A program made the position numbers and the translations under genes. Shown piece by piece: positions 42,051 through 53,337 of a DNA stretch of 64,000 bases; position 1 is the stretch's first letter; each line of letters opens with the position of its first letter. The notes under the pieces were generated by a model. It was not told the origin of the DNA. It searched no databases and saw nothing but the letters and a program-made list of their open reading frames with translations. Origin of the DNA: an uncultured Planctomycetaceae bacterium (GTDB lineage: Bacteria > Planctomycetota > Planctomycetia > Isosphaerales > Isosphaeraceae); assembly GCA_963833985.1 (NCBI GenBank), contig CAWIAD010000002.1, forward strand, positions 6,304,001 to 6,368,000, given 5' to 3'.

Positions 42051-44020
42051 ATGTCCACTCCGGTCACACTTACCGTGATCCCGTCGTCGCCGGTCCTGCA
42101 CGCGCGGCATCCGCTCGAGCCACTGAGCGCCAGGGAGGTCCAGGCCGCGGTCGACCTGCTCCGGAAAAACGGCAAGGTCACGGCGACCACACGGTTCGTC
42201 TCGGTGGCTCTGCTCGAGCCGGAGAAGTCGCAGGTCCACAGCTCGCCTGGCGGGGAGCCGCCCCCGCGCCGAGCGTTCGCGGTGCTCTTGGACAACGCGG
42301 CCAATGCCTGTTACGAGGCCACGCTCTCGCTCAGCGACGAAACCCTGGTTGCCTGGAAGCACGTCCCCGGCGTGCAGCCGACGATGACCATCGACGAGCA
42401 GGTCGAGTGCGAGCAGACCGTGCTCCGCAGTCCCGTGTTCCAGGAAGCGCTCAGGCGACACACCGGCGTGCAGGACACCCGCCTGGTGATGGTCGATATC
42501 TGGAGCGCAGGGAACTATGGCTCCGAGGAAGACCGCACGCGCCGGCTGGCCCGGCCGCTCTGCTTTCTGCGCAGCGATGCGACGGATAACGGCTACGTGC
42601 GGCCCATCGAGGGCCTGCGTCCGGTGGTCGATCTGAACACGATGGAAGTGGTGCGGGTCGAGGAGTACGGGCACTGGCCGTTGCCTCCGGGCGCGGCCAA
42701 TTACTTTGCCGACCGCGTTCCCAACCAGCGGCAGGACATCCAGGCGCTGGAGATCACCCAGCCGGAGGGGCCGAGTTTCGAGGTGCAGGGGTACCAGGTC
42801 CGCTGGCAGAAGTGGAGCTTCGTCATCGGGTTCAACGCGCGTGAGGGCCTGACGCTGCACCACCTGCGATACGACGACGGCGGCCGCGCGCGGTCAGTGC
42901 TCTACCGGGCCTCGCTCACGGAGATGGTCGTCCCCTACGGCGACCCCGGCCCGACCCAGCGCCGCAAGAATGCCTTCGACGTGGGCGAGTACGGCATGGG
43001 CATGTGCGCCAACAGCCTGGAGCTCGGCTGCGACTGCCTGGGACTCATCCGCTACTTCGATGCACACCTGTGCGACAGCCGGGGCGAGCCGCTCACCATC
43101 AAGAACGCCGTCTGCATGCACGAGGAAGACTACGGCATCCTCTGGAAGCACACCGACCGCCGGCTGCCCGACAGCCCCCAGGTGCGGCGGTCACGCCGGC
43201 TCGTCGTATCATCCATCTCCACCGTCGAGAACTACGAGTACGGCTTCTTCTGGTACTTCTACCAGGACGGCACCATCCAGTTCGAGGTGAAGCTCACGGG
43301 CATCCTCTCGCTGGGCGCGTACCCGCCGGGCGAAACGCCCGCGTACGGCGTGCTCGTCGCGCCCCAGCTCTACGCCCCCAATCATCAGCATTTCTTCAAC
43401 ATGCGGCTCGACTTCGACCTCGACGGTACGGCCAACAGCGTGGCCCGCGTCGACGTCGTGGCCGACCCGCCCGGGCGCACAACCCGTTCGAGAACGCCTT
43501 CCGGGCGGTGGCGACGCCCTTGAAGACGGAGCTGGCCGCGCGCGGTCAGCTCTGCCTGGAGACGATGCGCACCTGGAAGATCGTCAACCCCGGCGTGCTC
43601 AACCACGTGGGCGAGCCGATCGGCTACAAGCTCTTGCCCGGCGACAACTCGTTCCCGCTGGCCTCGCCGGCCGCCTGGTGGCGGAAGCGCGCGGGGTTCG
43701 TGAACCACCATGTCTGGGTGACGCCCTATTCCGCGGAGGAGAAGTACGGCGCAGGAGATTACCCCAACCAGAGTTCCGGCGGCGACGGCCTGCCGCGCTG
43801 GACCGAAGAGGACCGGCCGATCGACAACACCGACGTGGTCCTCTGGTACACCTTCGGCCACACCCACATCCCTCGGCCCGAGGATTACCCTGTCATGCCC
43901 ACGGCGTACATCGGTTTTACCCTCAAGCCGAACGGATTCTTCGAGGCGAATCCCGCGAACGACGTGCCGCCATCGCCGCGGAAGCCGGGGAGCTGTTGCC
44001 ACGAAGGAAAACCGAGCTGA
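42051..44020 (+). CDS. tynA: Copper-containing primary amine oxidase (indel near 43475)
   Basis: HPLEPLS, AFDVGEYG, LGCDCLG, TPQ motif ENYEYG, HQHFF, HIPRPEDYPVMP. Confidence 0.92.
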
Positions 44021-44354
44021 CAGGTCCCGTGGGTGAAAGCCTGCCTCCGCGAGGGCCGCTTTCGAGCCAGGCGCCGCCGCGTCACTGGCGTGAGAGCAGC
44101 CGAGGGCCATGGCAGCGACCAGCGAAGGCCTGATCGGCCGCGCAAACCGCCGGCCGCGCCGGGCGCAGACCGGGCAGTCTGTTCGCGCGCGCTCCTTCCG
44201 GTCTTACGATGACGGTAACTCGATCGAACGGCCAGCGTGACCCGCCCTGCGATCCAGCGTACGCGAACCATCGAGAGGAACTTCCGTCGTGGTGCAAATC
44301 CAGAGCGCTTCCAGGTTTCCAGAACGGTTCGTGTGGGTTTTCGGCAAAACGGCA

Positions 44355-46782
44355 ATGGCGGGTCCATGGTGGCGTGGGGTGGCTATGATGGCTGCGCTCT
44401 GCGCGGGCGGGCTGGCGGCGACCGCTGCGGCCCAGGAGCCGGCGACGGGATCCACGGCGGCCCAGTCGAGTGCTTCCGGCACGTTGCCGGTGTCGCGCTT
44501 CGTGCCGCGCGACAACCTGGCCTTCTACGTCGGCTTCGACGGAATCGAGGACCATGCCGCGGCCTGGGAGAAAACGGCGGCCTGCCGGATGCTCAACCAG
44601 ACGCCGCTGGGAGTGATGCTCGAGGAGGTTGTCGCGCAGCTTCTGGAGAAGCCCCTGGAGAAGCTACCCAACCGCAAGGTCTCGGCGCGGAGCTCGTGAC
44701 GCTGGCGAAACACATGGCGAGGAAGGGCTGGGTCCTGGCGATCAACACCACACCCAAGGGCCCCGGCCCTCTCGTGGGAACGTTGGTGCTGCGGGGGGCA
44801 TCGTCCGCGAAGGATAAGGAGATCAAGTCCATCAGCAGCCGTTTGATCGGCATGCTGATGGGTTCGGACACGAAGCCGAGGATCGACCGCAAAGCGGGCC
44901 GGGTGATGGTGGTCGTGCCGCGCGGTCCGGCAGCGGATGCGGGCTGGGTCTGGTGGCCCGAGAAGGATGACCTGATCATTGGCTTCGCGCACCCGACGAA
45001 CGCGGAGGCCATCACCGCGGCCATCGACGGCAAGGCGCCTTCCGCGGCGGATCACCCCGTGCTCAAGGAACTCTCCAGTCCCGAGGGGAGCTTCGTGCCG
45101 CTCATGACCGCGATGGTCGATCCCGGGGCCATTCCGGCCGCGTCCGGGACCAAGCTTGCCGAGACCCTCGAGAAGATCAAGACGAAGCTGGGCGTGACTC
45201 GCCTGGATTACCGCTGGGGGTTCGACGACGACGCGCTCATGGGCGTGGCACGCCTGGTGGCACCCGCTCCGCGCAAGCCGCTCCTGGCGATCTTCAGCCA
45301 GCCCCCCCTGGATACCAGCAAGCTCATTCCCATTCCCGAAGGCGTGGATTCGTTCGTGATGGTGTCGGCCGCACCGGCCAAGGTCGCCGAGGCGGTGAAC
45401 CAGATCGGGCTTCCCGCGAGCTGGAAGGAGCAGATCGACGAGCTGACGGACAAGGTCAAGGCGCAGAGCCGCGTCGACTTCGAGAAGGACCTGCTGGCCA
45501 ACCTGGGGCCGCGCATGGCCCTGTATCTGCGCCTGGACGGTCCGCGGCAGCGACCGATGAGTCGCCCCGGCCGCCCGCGAGTGCCGGGGGCCTCGATCCG
45601 CTGGCCATGCTGTCGTCGCTCCAGGGGGCGCTGCCGAAGCCCACGCTGATCGCCGAGCTGCGCGACGCCGAGACCTTCGGCAAGGCGCTGGACGCGATCA
45701 TGATCACGGTGAACAAGGAGCTCAAGGCCATGGCCATGGAAAAGGCAGCAGAGGAGGAAGCCGCGGGGGGAGATGGGGCAGGCGGCCGAGGGGCCGGACC
45801 GGGCGGGATGTCGCCGCGCGGGCCGGGCCGGGGAATGGCGGGGGCGGGCGGCAGGCCGGCGCGGAAGCGTAGCCTCAAGGACACCCCCGCGCCCGAGTTC
45901 CGCCTGATGCCGGGCACGGTCAAGGTTTACATGCTCCACGTACCCACGGATTCGCCCCTCAAGCTCACGCCGCCGGGCGTCCGCCCCACGATTCGCATGG
46001 AGCACAATCACATCGCCATCGCCACGACCTCCGAGGCGGCGCGGACGGCGCTGGATACGATGAAGAAGAAGGAATGGAAGCCGTCGGCGGACGTCGAGAA
46101 GGTGCTGGCCCACGTTCCCTCCGGACCCGTACTGCTGGCCGTCTCCGATCCCCGCGACACCGTCCCGGGGATCCTTGCCAGCCTGCCGGGAACCCTTCAG
46201 GCATCGATCAATTCAGCGATCGCGCTGTCGGCGGCCACCTCCGGCGGCAACCCTCCCGGCCAGCCGGGGGCGGCCCCGGCCGGGGGTGCTCCGGCTGGAG
46301 CCGGCGCGGGCATGTTCAGCAAACCCGGCATGGCGGGCCGCTCCGGCTACCCGGGCGCGGCACCACCCGCGAGCCCTGCTCCCGGGGGTTCCCAGGCGGC
46401 AGGGCAGGACGCGATGATCCAGCTCAAGGTGGATCCGGCCAGGCTCCCCAAGGCCGAGGAGCTCAAGGCGCTCATGTTCCCCAGCACCCTGGCGATCGTG
46501 GTGGACGACGCGTCGATCCGCGTCGTCTCTCGCGAGTCGTTCCCGAACGTCTTCACCAGCATGGGCATGGGGGCAGCGAGCGGCGCCGCTGTGGGCCAGG
46601 CGATGCAGGCCGCCCGGGCTGCCGCAGGCATGGCTCCGCCGCCGATCGCACCGCCAGCCACCGCCGCGCCGGCCAGTCCTCCGGCCGCGAACCAGACCCC
46701 GGCCGCAGGCGGAGGCGGGCGCCTGGGCAGCCCACGCGGGGGCCGCGGAGGCCGTGGCGGAGGACCGGGACGATCCGGTTGA
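44355..46782 (+). CDS. Large exported hypothetical protein (indels near 44690 and 45530)
   Basis: Signal peptide in ORF 44289-44699, continuing protein-like in ORFs 44237-45649 and 45607-46782; Pro/Gly/RGG tail. Confidence 0.6.
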
Positions 46783-46850
46783 CCCCGCGACCTGTGTGAG
46801 TCCGTCTTGACCGTCCACGCAACTCCCTCTCCCGTGACGGAGACCACTCG

Positions 46851-47297
46851 ATGGAAATCGTCAGCGAAGTGACCGCTCAACTGGAAAACAAACCCGGACG
46901 GCTGGCGAAGATCTGTTCGGCCCTGGCGCAGGACAAGGTCGACATCCGCGCCATCACGGTGATGGAATCGGACGGACCCAGCGTCCTGCGATTCGTCACC
47001 TCCGACCTGGACGCCACCAAGAAGGTGCTCACCTCGCTGGGAACCGAGTACACCATCGCGGACGTGCTGGCCGTTGGCCTCGAGAACCGCACCGGTGCTC
47101 TGGCCAGGGTCCTCGAGCGGCTTGCGGAAGAGCATATCAACATAAATTATGCTTATGCTTCCGCGGCAGCGAGCCCCGGCAAGGCGCTGGGCATCTTCCA
47201 CACCACCAACACCAAGCGAGCGTTGCAGATCCTGGGTGAGGCGGCGGCCAGCGGTGGCGAGAAATCGACCGGCCGGCGGCCCTTGCACTCGCGCTAG
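46851..47297 (+). CDS. Tandem ACT-domain protein
   Basis: LENKPGRLAKI and LENRTGALARV...ININYAY. Confidence 0.88.
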   Translation: MEIVSEVTAQLENKPGRLAKICSALAQDKVDIRAITVMESDGPSVLRFVTSDLDATKKVLTSLGTEYTIADVLAVGLENRTGALARVLERLAEEHININYAYASAAASPGKALGIFHTTNTKRALQILGEAAASGGEKSTGRRPLHSR

Positions 47298-47363
47298 GGC
47301 GGACGGGCGGATCCTCACCTGGGATCGCCATGGATCCGCGTCGCTTCGATCTAGGGCCGGAAC

Positions 47364-48536
47364 GTGGCCAAGAACAAGAAAGTCCGGGTTGCGCTCAACA
47401 AGAACCGCCAGAAGCGGACGCGCGCCAACGACCTGACGCGGAGCTACGAGAGCCAGCAGAAATCCTCGGAGGAGACGGCCGCGACCGAGCGTGTCCGGCC
47501 CCGCGGGGAACTGTCGCGGCACAGGACCATCGTCGCGGCCGGTGAACCGGCCCCGGGCAGCGCCGAATCCGGCGACTCCCCGGCCGGCTCCGCGGCCGCC
47601 CAGCGGGCCGTGGACCAGGCGACGTGCCTGCCCGGCCGGGTCCTGCGCATCCACGGCCTGGTCTGTATCGTCCAGACCGACGACGGCCAGATGATTCCCT
47701 GCCACGTGCGCCGACTGCTCAAGAGCCTGGCCATCGAGGGCCGCAACGTGGTCACCGTTGGCGACCGGGTCTGGATCCGCCCCGCGCCCACGGGCGGCCA
47801 GGAGGGGCTGATCGAGCGCGTGGAAGCGCGGCGCGGGGTGATCCTCCGCGGCTACCGGCACCGCCAGCACGTGATCGCGGCGAACGTGGACGCCGTGATC
47901 ATCGTCTCGGCTCTCGCGGAACCGGGGCTGAAGCTCAGCCTCATCGACCGCTACCTGGTTGCCGCCGAGACCGGGGGAGTGCGCCCGGTCATCGTCTTCA
48001 ACAAGGCCGACCTGGTGGATCCATCGCTCTACCAGTGGGTCATCGGGCTCTACGCGCAGCTGGGCTACCAGACCATCGTCACCTCGGCTGCGTCCGGCCG
48101 GGGCGTTGATGAACTTCGCGGCGTGCTCTCCAGCGGTGTGACCGCGCTTTCGGGCCAGAGCGGCGTGGGCAAGAGCTCGCTGCTCAACGTGGTCCAGCCC
48201 GGGCTCAATCTCAAGGTGCGCGAGGTCTCGGACTGGACGCAGAAGGGGAAGCACACGACCTCGGCCGCCGAGCTGATCCGCCTGGACGCGGGCGGACACG
48301 TGGTCGATACGCCCGGCCTGCGTCAGTTCGAGCTCTGGGGTATCGTCCCGGGCGAGCTGGAAGGGTATTTCCTGGAGTTCCGGCCATACATCTCCCGGTG
48401 CCGTTTCCCGGATTGCTCGCATACCCATGAGACCTTCTGTGCCGTGAAGGAAGCCGTGCACTGGGGTCAGATTCACGTCGGCAGGTATGAAAGTTATCTC
48501 AAGCTTTACCAGCAGAAACCGCTCGAGGATGACTGA
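47364..48536 (+). CDS. rsgA: Ribosome small subunit-dependent GTPase A
   Basis: Permuted GTPase NKAD, GQSGVGKSS, GKHTT, DTPG; Zn site CRFPDCSHTHETFC. Confidence 0.95.
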   Translation: MAKNKKVRVALNKNRQKRTRANDLTRSYESQQKSSEETAATERVRPRGELSRHRTIVAAGEPAPGSAESGDSPAGSAAAQRAVDQATCLPGRVLRIHGLVCIVQTDDGQMIPCHVRRLLKSLAIEGRNVVTVGDRVWIRPAPTGGQEGLIERVEARRGVILRGYRHRQHVIAANVDAVIIVSALAEPGLKLSLIDRYLVAAETGGVRPVIVFNKADLVDPSLYQWVIGLYAQLGYQTIVTSAASGRGVDELRGVLSSGVTALSGQSGVGKSSLLNVVQPGLNLKVREVSDWTQKGKHTTSAAELIRLDAGGHVVDTPGLRQFELWGIVPGELEGYFLEFRPYISRCRFPDCSHTHETFCAVKEAVHWGQIHVGRYESYLKLYQQKPLEDD

Positions 48537-48630
48537 CAGGCTCCCTCCGGAAATCGCCACTGCCGCCGGCCGGCCGAGACACCGCGTCCCCCGGCATCGC
48601 TGCTTTCCCGCCACGGGGAGAGCCGGGGGG

Positions 48631-48659
48631 TTTCCAGCCCCGAATGAATTCGGTATGAT
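48631..48659 (+). promoter_or_regulatory. Sigma70-like promoter upstream of the candidate RNA
   Basis: TTTCCA-17 nt-TATGAT. Confidence 0.5.
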
Positions 48660-48665
48660 CGATAG

Positions 48666-49008
48666 GAGTCGTGCTAATGCCCCTTCACAGGGGCTCGACC
48701 CAGGGCCTGTTTCGGTTCGTCGTGCGCAATCGCCCTGAGCGGTGAGCGTCCCAGGGTCAGGGTCAAGCCCGGATGTCGGGCGGCAGCGTGAACCCGTCCG
48801 GCTGTGGCGGGGTCTGCTGGCTGGAGAGTCGTCGATGCCCGTAGCTCGCGCAGGGGATTGAAATCTCAGGCGCGTTCCGTACTGGTACCGGACCACAAGC
48901 GTGCCGGCCCACTGCGGAAGACGCCGCCGTGGATGAGACGAGATCCCGGGCGGGATCAAGGCCAAGGAACGCTCAGGAACAACGAATACCTTCGTGTACG
49001 CTGGGTCG
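48666..49008 (+). ncRNA. Candidate structured non-coding RNA, family unassigned
   Basis: Nested long-range pairings 48696-703/49001-008, 48716-723/48979-986, 48734-741/48970-977, 48767-772/48946-951, plus internal hairpins; lies in the intergenic gap; strand inferred from promoter and G-U pairs. Confidence 0.5.
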
Positions 49009-49037
49009 TCGCCGGTATTTGGTGGAGGCAGATTCTC

Positions 49038-50162
49038 ATGCGCTTTGGCAAGGGAGACACGGAAGTTCCGCGCGCAGAGGAACCCTTTTGCGATGCGGCT
49101 CGAGGCCGCGGCAGCCCGGTCCGGCTGCCGCTCTTGAGCCGCGAGTTTCTGCTTTTGATGCTGGTGCTCGGCGTGGCGGCATGCTTCGTCGGCGTGGTCC
49201 AGGAGAACGGGCCCGAACTGCGGCAAGGCTCCAGGACGATCCCGGGACACACTTCCGTGCTGGAGAAGGTGATTTTCGAGCCGGATGGCCGGGTCCTGAT
49301 TTCGTGCGGCTGGGACCGCAAGGTGAAGAGCTGGATCGTGGCCGAGGAGGACCCTTGGATGGGTCAGGAAATTGATTGCCTGCCCGTGGACTGGCACATC
49401 TTCGGGCTCTCGATCAGCGGCGACGGGAAGTACCTGGCGGCCAGCGGTGTTGGCGGGTTCGGCATCTGGGGCCGGGCGAGCCAGAATGCGGCCTGGGAGT
49501 TGCTGCACCAGCACGGCGGCGCCTCCTACCGCTGCCTGGCCGCGTCTCCTGCCGCCCATCTGCTGGCGACTGGCGGCAGCGATGGTGTCGTTCGCCTCTG
49601 GAACATGGAGACCGCGAAGGAATTGCGCGTCGTGGATCGCTTCGGCGACGATCTCCGGATGATCGAGTTCTCTCCGTCCGGCGTGTACCTGGCCGCGGTC
49701 GCCTTCAGCGGCGAGTTCCGCACCTGGGACCTGAAATCTGCCGACTCCTCGCGGTTCCTGGTAGGTCACCTCTCCTCGGTTCGCTCGTTCGTCTTCGCCC
49801 CCGATGAGCGGACGCTGGCGATTGCCCAGCAGGGACCGCAGGTCCGGTCGCTCGGGCTCTGGGAACTGCCGGTATTCGAGCCCGGGCTGAAGTTCTGGGA
49901 CAACCATGCCGGAAACAATGCGCTGGCCTTTTCCAGCGATGGCCGCCTGATGGCCAGCGCGGATCAAGATGCCACCATCCGCATCTGGGACACGCGCACG
50001 GGGAAACTCGAGGATTCCTTTCGTGATGGGGTCGGCTGGGTGAAGACGCTTGCCTTTTCGCCCGACGGCCGCCACCTTGCTTATGGCGGCCGCAACGGTA
50101 CCATCCAGATTCATGACTATAGTGTCCTGGGATCCCCGGAACGGCAGACCCATGGGTCGTGA
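49038..50162 (+). CDS. WD40-repeat protein with N-terminal TM
   Basis: GHTSVLE, ATGGSDGVVRLWN, ASADQDATIRIWD, LAFSPDG; GGAGG before ATG at 49038. Confidence 0.88.
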   Translation: MRFGKGDTEVPRAEEPFCDAARGRGSPVRLPLLSREFLLLMLVLGVAACFVGVVQENGPELRQGSRTIPGHTSVLEKVIFEPDGRVLISCGWDRKVKSWIVAEEDPWMGQEIDCLPVDWHIFGLSISGDGKYLAASGVGGFGIWGRASQNAAWELLHQHGGASYRCLAASPAAHLLATGGSDGVVRLWNMETAKELRVVDRFGDDLRMIEFSPSGVYLAAVAFSGEFRTWDLKSADSSRFLVGHLSSVRSFVFAPDERTLAIAQQGPQVRSLGLWELPVFEPGLKFWDNHAGNNALAFSSDGRLMASADQDATIRIWDTRTGKLEDSFRDGVGWVKTLAFSPDGRHLAYGGRNGTIQIHDYSVLGSPERQTHGS

Positions 50163-50202
50163 TGATGCGGATCTGGTACCGGCTGCACCGTAGGCGCCGC
50201 GC

Positions 50203-50856
50203 ATGAAGCTTCTGGCTATCAGCGACCTGCACGGCGATTTCGCGGTTGCCCGCAGCGCGGCCGGCACTGTGCGGCCGGACCTCCTGCTCTGCTGTGGCGA
50301 CTGGGGAGATCCCGGGGAGGCCCGCGCGGCCGATCTTGCTCCCTTTCTCGACCTTTGCCCGGTGGTCACCACCTTCGGCAACCACGACCCGCTGGACCTG
50401 CTGGCCCGCTTGCGGAACGACGATGGCACGCCGGTGCTTCTGGGACAAGGCGAGGTACGGGAGTTCCGCGGGCTCAGGCTGGCGGCGATTGGCGGCATCT
50501 GGGCCAGATCGCACCGGCTGGCGTGGTATGTGACGGATGACGACGTCGCCGGCTGGGCAGAGGAGATCGCGGCGCAGCAGCCCATCGACATCCTGCTCAC
50601 GCACGGTTGCCCGGCGGGCCTGGCCGACCTGACGCCCTCCGGCCGCCACGGCGGCCAGCGCTGTTTCCTGGAAGCAACCAAACGGATCGCCCCGCGCATC
50701 CACCTCTGCGGGCACCTTCACCTGGCCCAGGAGCGCGTGTTCAAGGATGGCCGCAAGGTCATCAATGTGGGGCCGACTCCCGAGGGGAGCATCGTCGTCC
50801 TCGAGTTCGACCCGGAAACGCGATCGCTCACGACCTCCATGTCCCTGCTATCCTGA
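50203..50856 (+). CDS. Calcineurin-like metallophosphoesterase
   Basis: SDLHG, CGD, GNHD, LTH, GHLH. Confidence 0.9.
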   Translation: MKLLAISDLHGDFAVARSAAGTVRPDLLLCCGDWGDPGEARAADLAPFLDLCPVVTTFGNHDPLDLLARLRNDDGTPVLLGQGEVREFRGLRLAAIGGIWARSHRLAWYVTDDDVAGWAEEIAAQQPIDILLTHGCPAGLADLTPSGRHGGQRCFLEATKRIAPRIHLCGHLHLAQERVFKDGRKVINVGPTPEGSIVVLEFDPETRSLTTSMSLLS

Positions 50857-50863
50857 ATCCGAA

Positions 50864-52398
50864 TCAGCCGTGACCGTAGCCGCGATCGAACGCCTCGAGA
50901 TCGCGCATGTACGATGAGAACGTGGTGCGGAATGTATCCGGGTCAACGCTCCACCGGGGCTGGTCCTCGGTATGGCGGTGGCAGTGCTCCTCGATCAGTC
51001 GATGCAGAAACTTGAACAGGTGCCTGGGCGTGCGCAGGTTCCCCAGCGCGTCTTTCAAGGAGTCGTCGCTGATGGCATCGTCCACGAAGCTGCGCAGCCG
51101 CGGTCCGTCGCGGTCAAGGCCCGCAGGGGCGGACTCCGCGCTGGCGGACTCCGCTCTGGCGTGGTCCGACGGGTCGCCGTTGGCAGAGGGGCTCACCTGG
51201 CAGCGCGCAGCCGGTCACTGGCAAGGTCATAGAGTGATGGACCCGTCCAGCGCAATGGCTTGATCATGTTCAGCTTGTCGGGCCGGGCGCGGTCGTAGAA
51301 CTCCTTGTCTTCCTTCTCCAGGTAATACGCGAGCTCGATCGGCAGCAGCAGCTTCACACCGATTCCCGGATGGCGCAGGAACTTGTGATCGAGAAGCGGC
51401 CAGATCAGGGCGCGCATCTTGCGCGGGTCGCCCTCGATCTGCTGCGGCTCGTCCACCCGGTCGATGAGCACGATGATGCCGCCGTAGCCGAGCGTGTTCA
51501 GGAGACCCTGGAACTTGCGGAGTAGCTCGTACCGCTCCTCGGCCCGGCGCGCCGGGGTGGGTAAAGGCTGACCACCCAGCTCGCTGGGTTTGAACCACAG
51601 GAGCTCCCAGCGCAGGGCCGACGAGTCGCGGCTCAGGACCTTGAGTCCCCTGCGGATGTCGCGCGCGTACCACTCGGCCCGCAGGAGCCGCCAGCCCCAG
51701 TAGATCCAGCCGGCGAGGATCGGCAGCATCAGCCACGGGAGCACGCTCCAGCTCCGCAGCGCCGGGAACATCGCGATCAGCGCCAGCACCACCAGCGTGG
51801 TGCCGAAGCCGATCTGGAGGTCGCGACGGCTCCAGAGCGGCCGGAAGCCCGAGCGTCGCCGCAGCCGGCTCCAGCGGCGCTCGATCGGCTCGCCGGTCGA
51901 GGCGTCGTAAAGAGCCGCCAGAAGCAGCAGGTCGCGCCGCTGGTCCAGGCTGAGCACCGTCAGGTCCACTCGCTCGGTATTCAGCAGGTCGATGAGCTGC
52001 GTGACCCCGAGCGAGAGGATCGCGTCCATGTGGTCCTGCAATTGCCAGCGGCGGAGCACCTCGGTGGGGTCGCCGGCGCGGATGGCCGCCCGGTAGTGGT
52101 CCAGATACGGATTGAAATCGTCATACGAGATGACGAAGACGCGGTCGGTCGGATTGGCCTGGTTGAACTCATCGATCTCGGCCATGGCCTGTAGCCGCAG
52201 CGCGGTCTTGCCGCTCCCCTTCTCTCCGAACACCAGCGCGGTGGAAGGATCCGCGGGACTGCCGAAAAACTTGTTCCAGGCCGGATGGTGGATCGTCGAG
52301 AGACAGCGCCGCTTGAAGACCGTATCCGTCTGGGCATCCTCCTCGCTGAAGGGGTTACCCTTGATGCCATGATGCTGCAAGAACTGTTCCGTCTTCAT
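50864..52398 (-). CDS. P-loop NTPase with two internal TM helices (probably one gene with an indel near 51200; could be two coupled genes)
   Basis: Walker A GEKGSGKT, TM pair, Walker B-like IVLIDRVDE; ORF 50864-51196 (LRTPRHLFKFL) reads like its helical C-terminus. Confidence 0.7.
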
Positions 52399-52716
52399 CC
52401 CTGGGGCAGCCTTTCCGTTGGATCTCGAAGTCCCTCGCACGACAGATCTTGTGTGCGATACTCATGTATTTCGTCTTAACCGATTCAGCGTCGGGCCGCA
52501 ATCTCAGGACCATTTCCACGATCGCGCCGAAAGCCTGCGGTCGATCACTGATCAGGGTCAGAAACGAGTTGCGTCGTGAGCTTGACCGCTCGTTTTGGAT
52601 ACCCTAACGTTGTGCGTATCAATCCGGAGCATCCTTCGAGCCGTTCAACCACCGCCTGGCCTGGTGGTTACCCGCTGGCACGGGCCTTTCCGCGACCACG
52701 ATCCAGGAGACCTCCC

Positions 52717-53337
52717 GTGAAAGGACGCATCGCGCTGATCCTCTGGCTCACGCTCACCGGGGTCGCCAGCGCCGCCGACGAGTCGGATGCCCCGCGCATC
52801 AAGGAGCCGCGACTCCGGGCGGAATTGCTGCGGCGCATGAAGGCCGACCAGAAGGTGAGGGCGGCATTCGAGGGATCGTTCGATACGGCGAAGAATGCCG
52901 GCGCCAGCAAGCTTCAGGAAGAGATGCGGCGTATCGATACCGAGAACACCCGGCGCATGGCGGAGATCGTCGCGCGCTACGGCTGGCCGACGTTCACGCT
53001 CGTCGGCAAGGATGGCGCGCGGGCTGCCTGGCTGCTGGTCCAGCACGCGGACCTCTCCCCAGGATTTCAGCGGAAGTGCCTCGACCTCATGGTGAAGGTC
53101 GCACCCGATGAGATTTTTCGAGCGGATGTCGCCTACCTGACCGATCGCGTGCTCCTGGCCGAGGGCAAGAAGCAGGTTTACGGCACGCAGTTCACGCTCA
53201 TCAATGGCAAGTGCCAGGCTCGGCCCCTGGAAGACGAGTCGCACGTCGACGAGCGGCGGAAAGAGGTCGGGTTGCCACCACTGGCCGAGTATTTCAGGGA
53301 TGCTGAAAAGTTCTACACGGGCGGTAACAGGAAGTGA
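52717..53337 (+). CDS. Exported DUF6624-like protein
   Basis: Signal peptide; DQKVR, YGWP, AWLLVQHAD, AYLTDR, QVYGTQ, VDERRKEVGLPPL. Confidence 0.75.
   Translation: MKGRIALILWLTLTGVASAADESDAPRIKEPRLRAELLRRMKADQKVRAAFEGSFDTAKNAGASKLQEEMRRIDTENTRRMAEIVARYGWPTFTLVGKDGARAAWLLVQHADLSPGFQRKCLDLMVKVAPDEIFRADVAYLTDRVLLAEGKKQVYGTQFTLINGKCQARPLEDESHVDERRKEVGLPPLAEYFRDAEKFYTGGNRK

Noticed and set aside
48666..49008. Assignment as SRP RNA, tmRNA, RNase P or group II intron
   Set aside because: Diagnostic conserved motifs of each were not found on either strand, despite superficial similarity (CGTGCTAA, CAAG..GGCAGC)
46347..50699. 1450-aa minus-strand ORF (and similar long shadow ORFs such as 22182-24278 and most of 38639-41203)
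   Set aside because: Antisense or off-frame to well-supported genes, no motifs; expected in high-GC DNA
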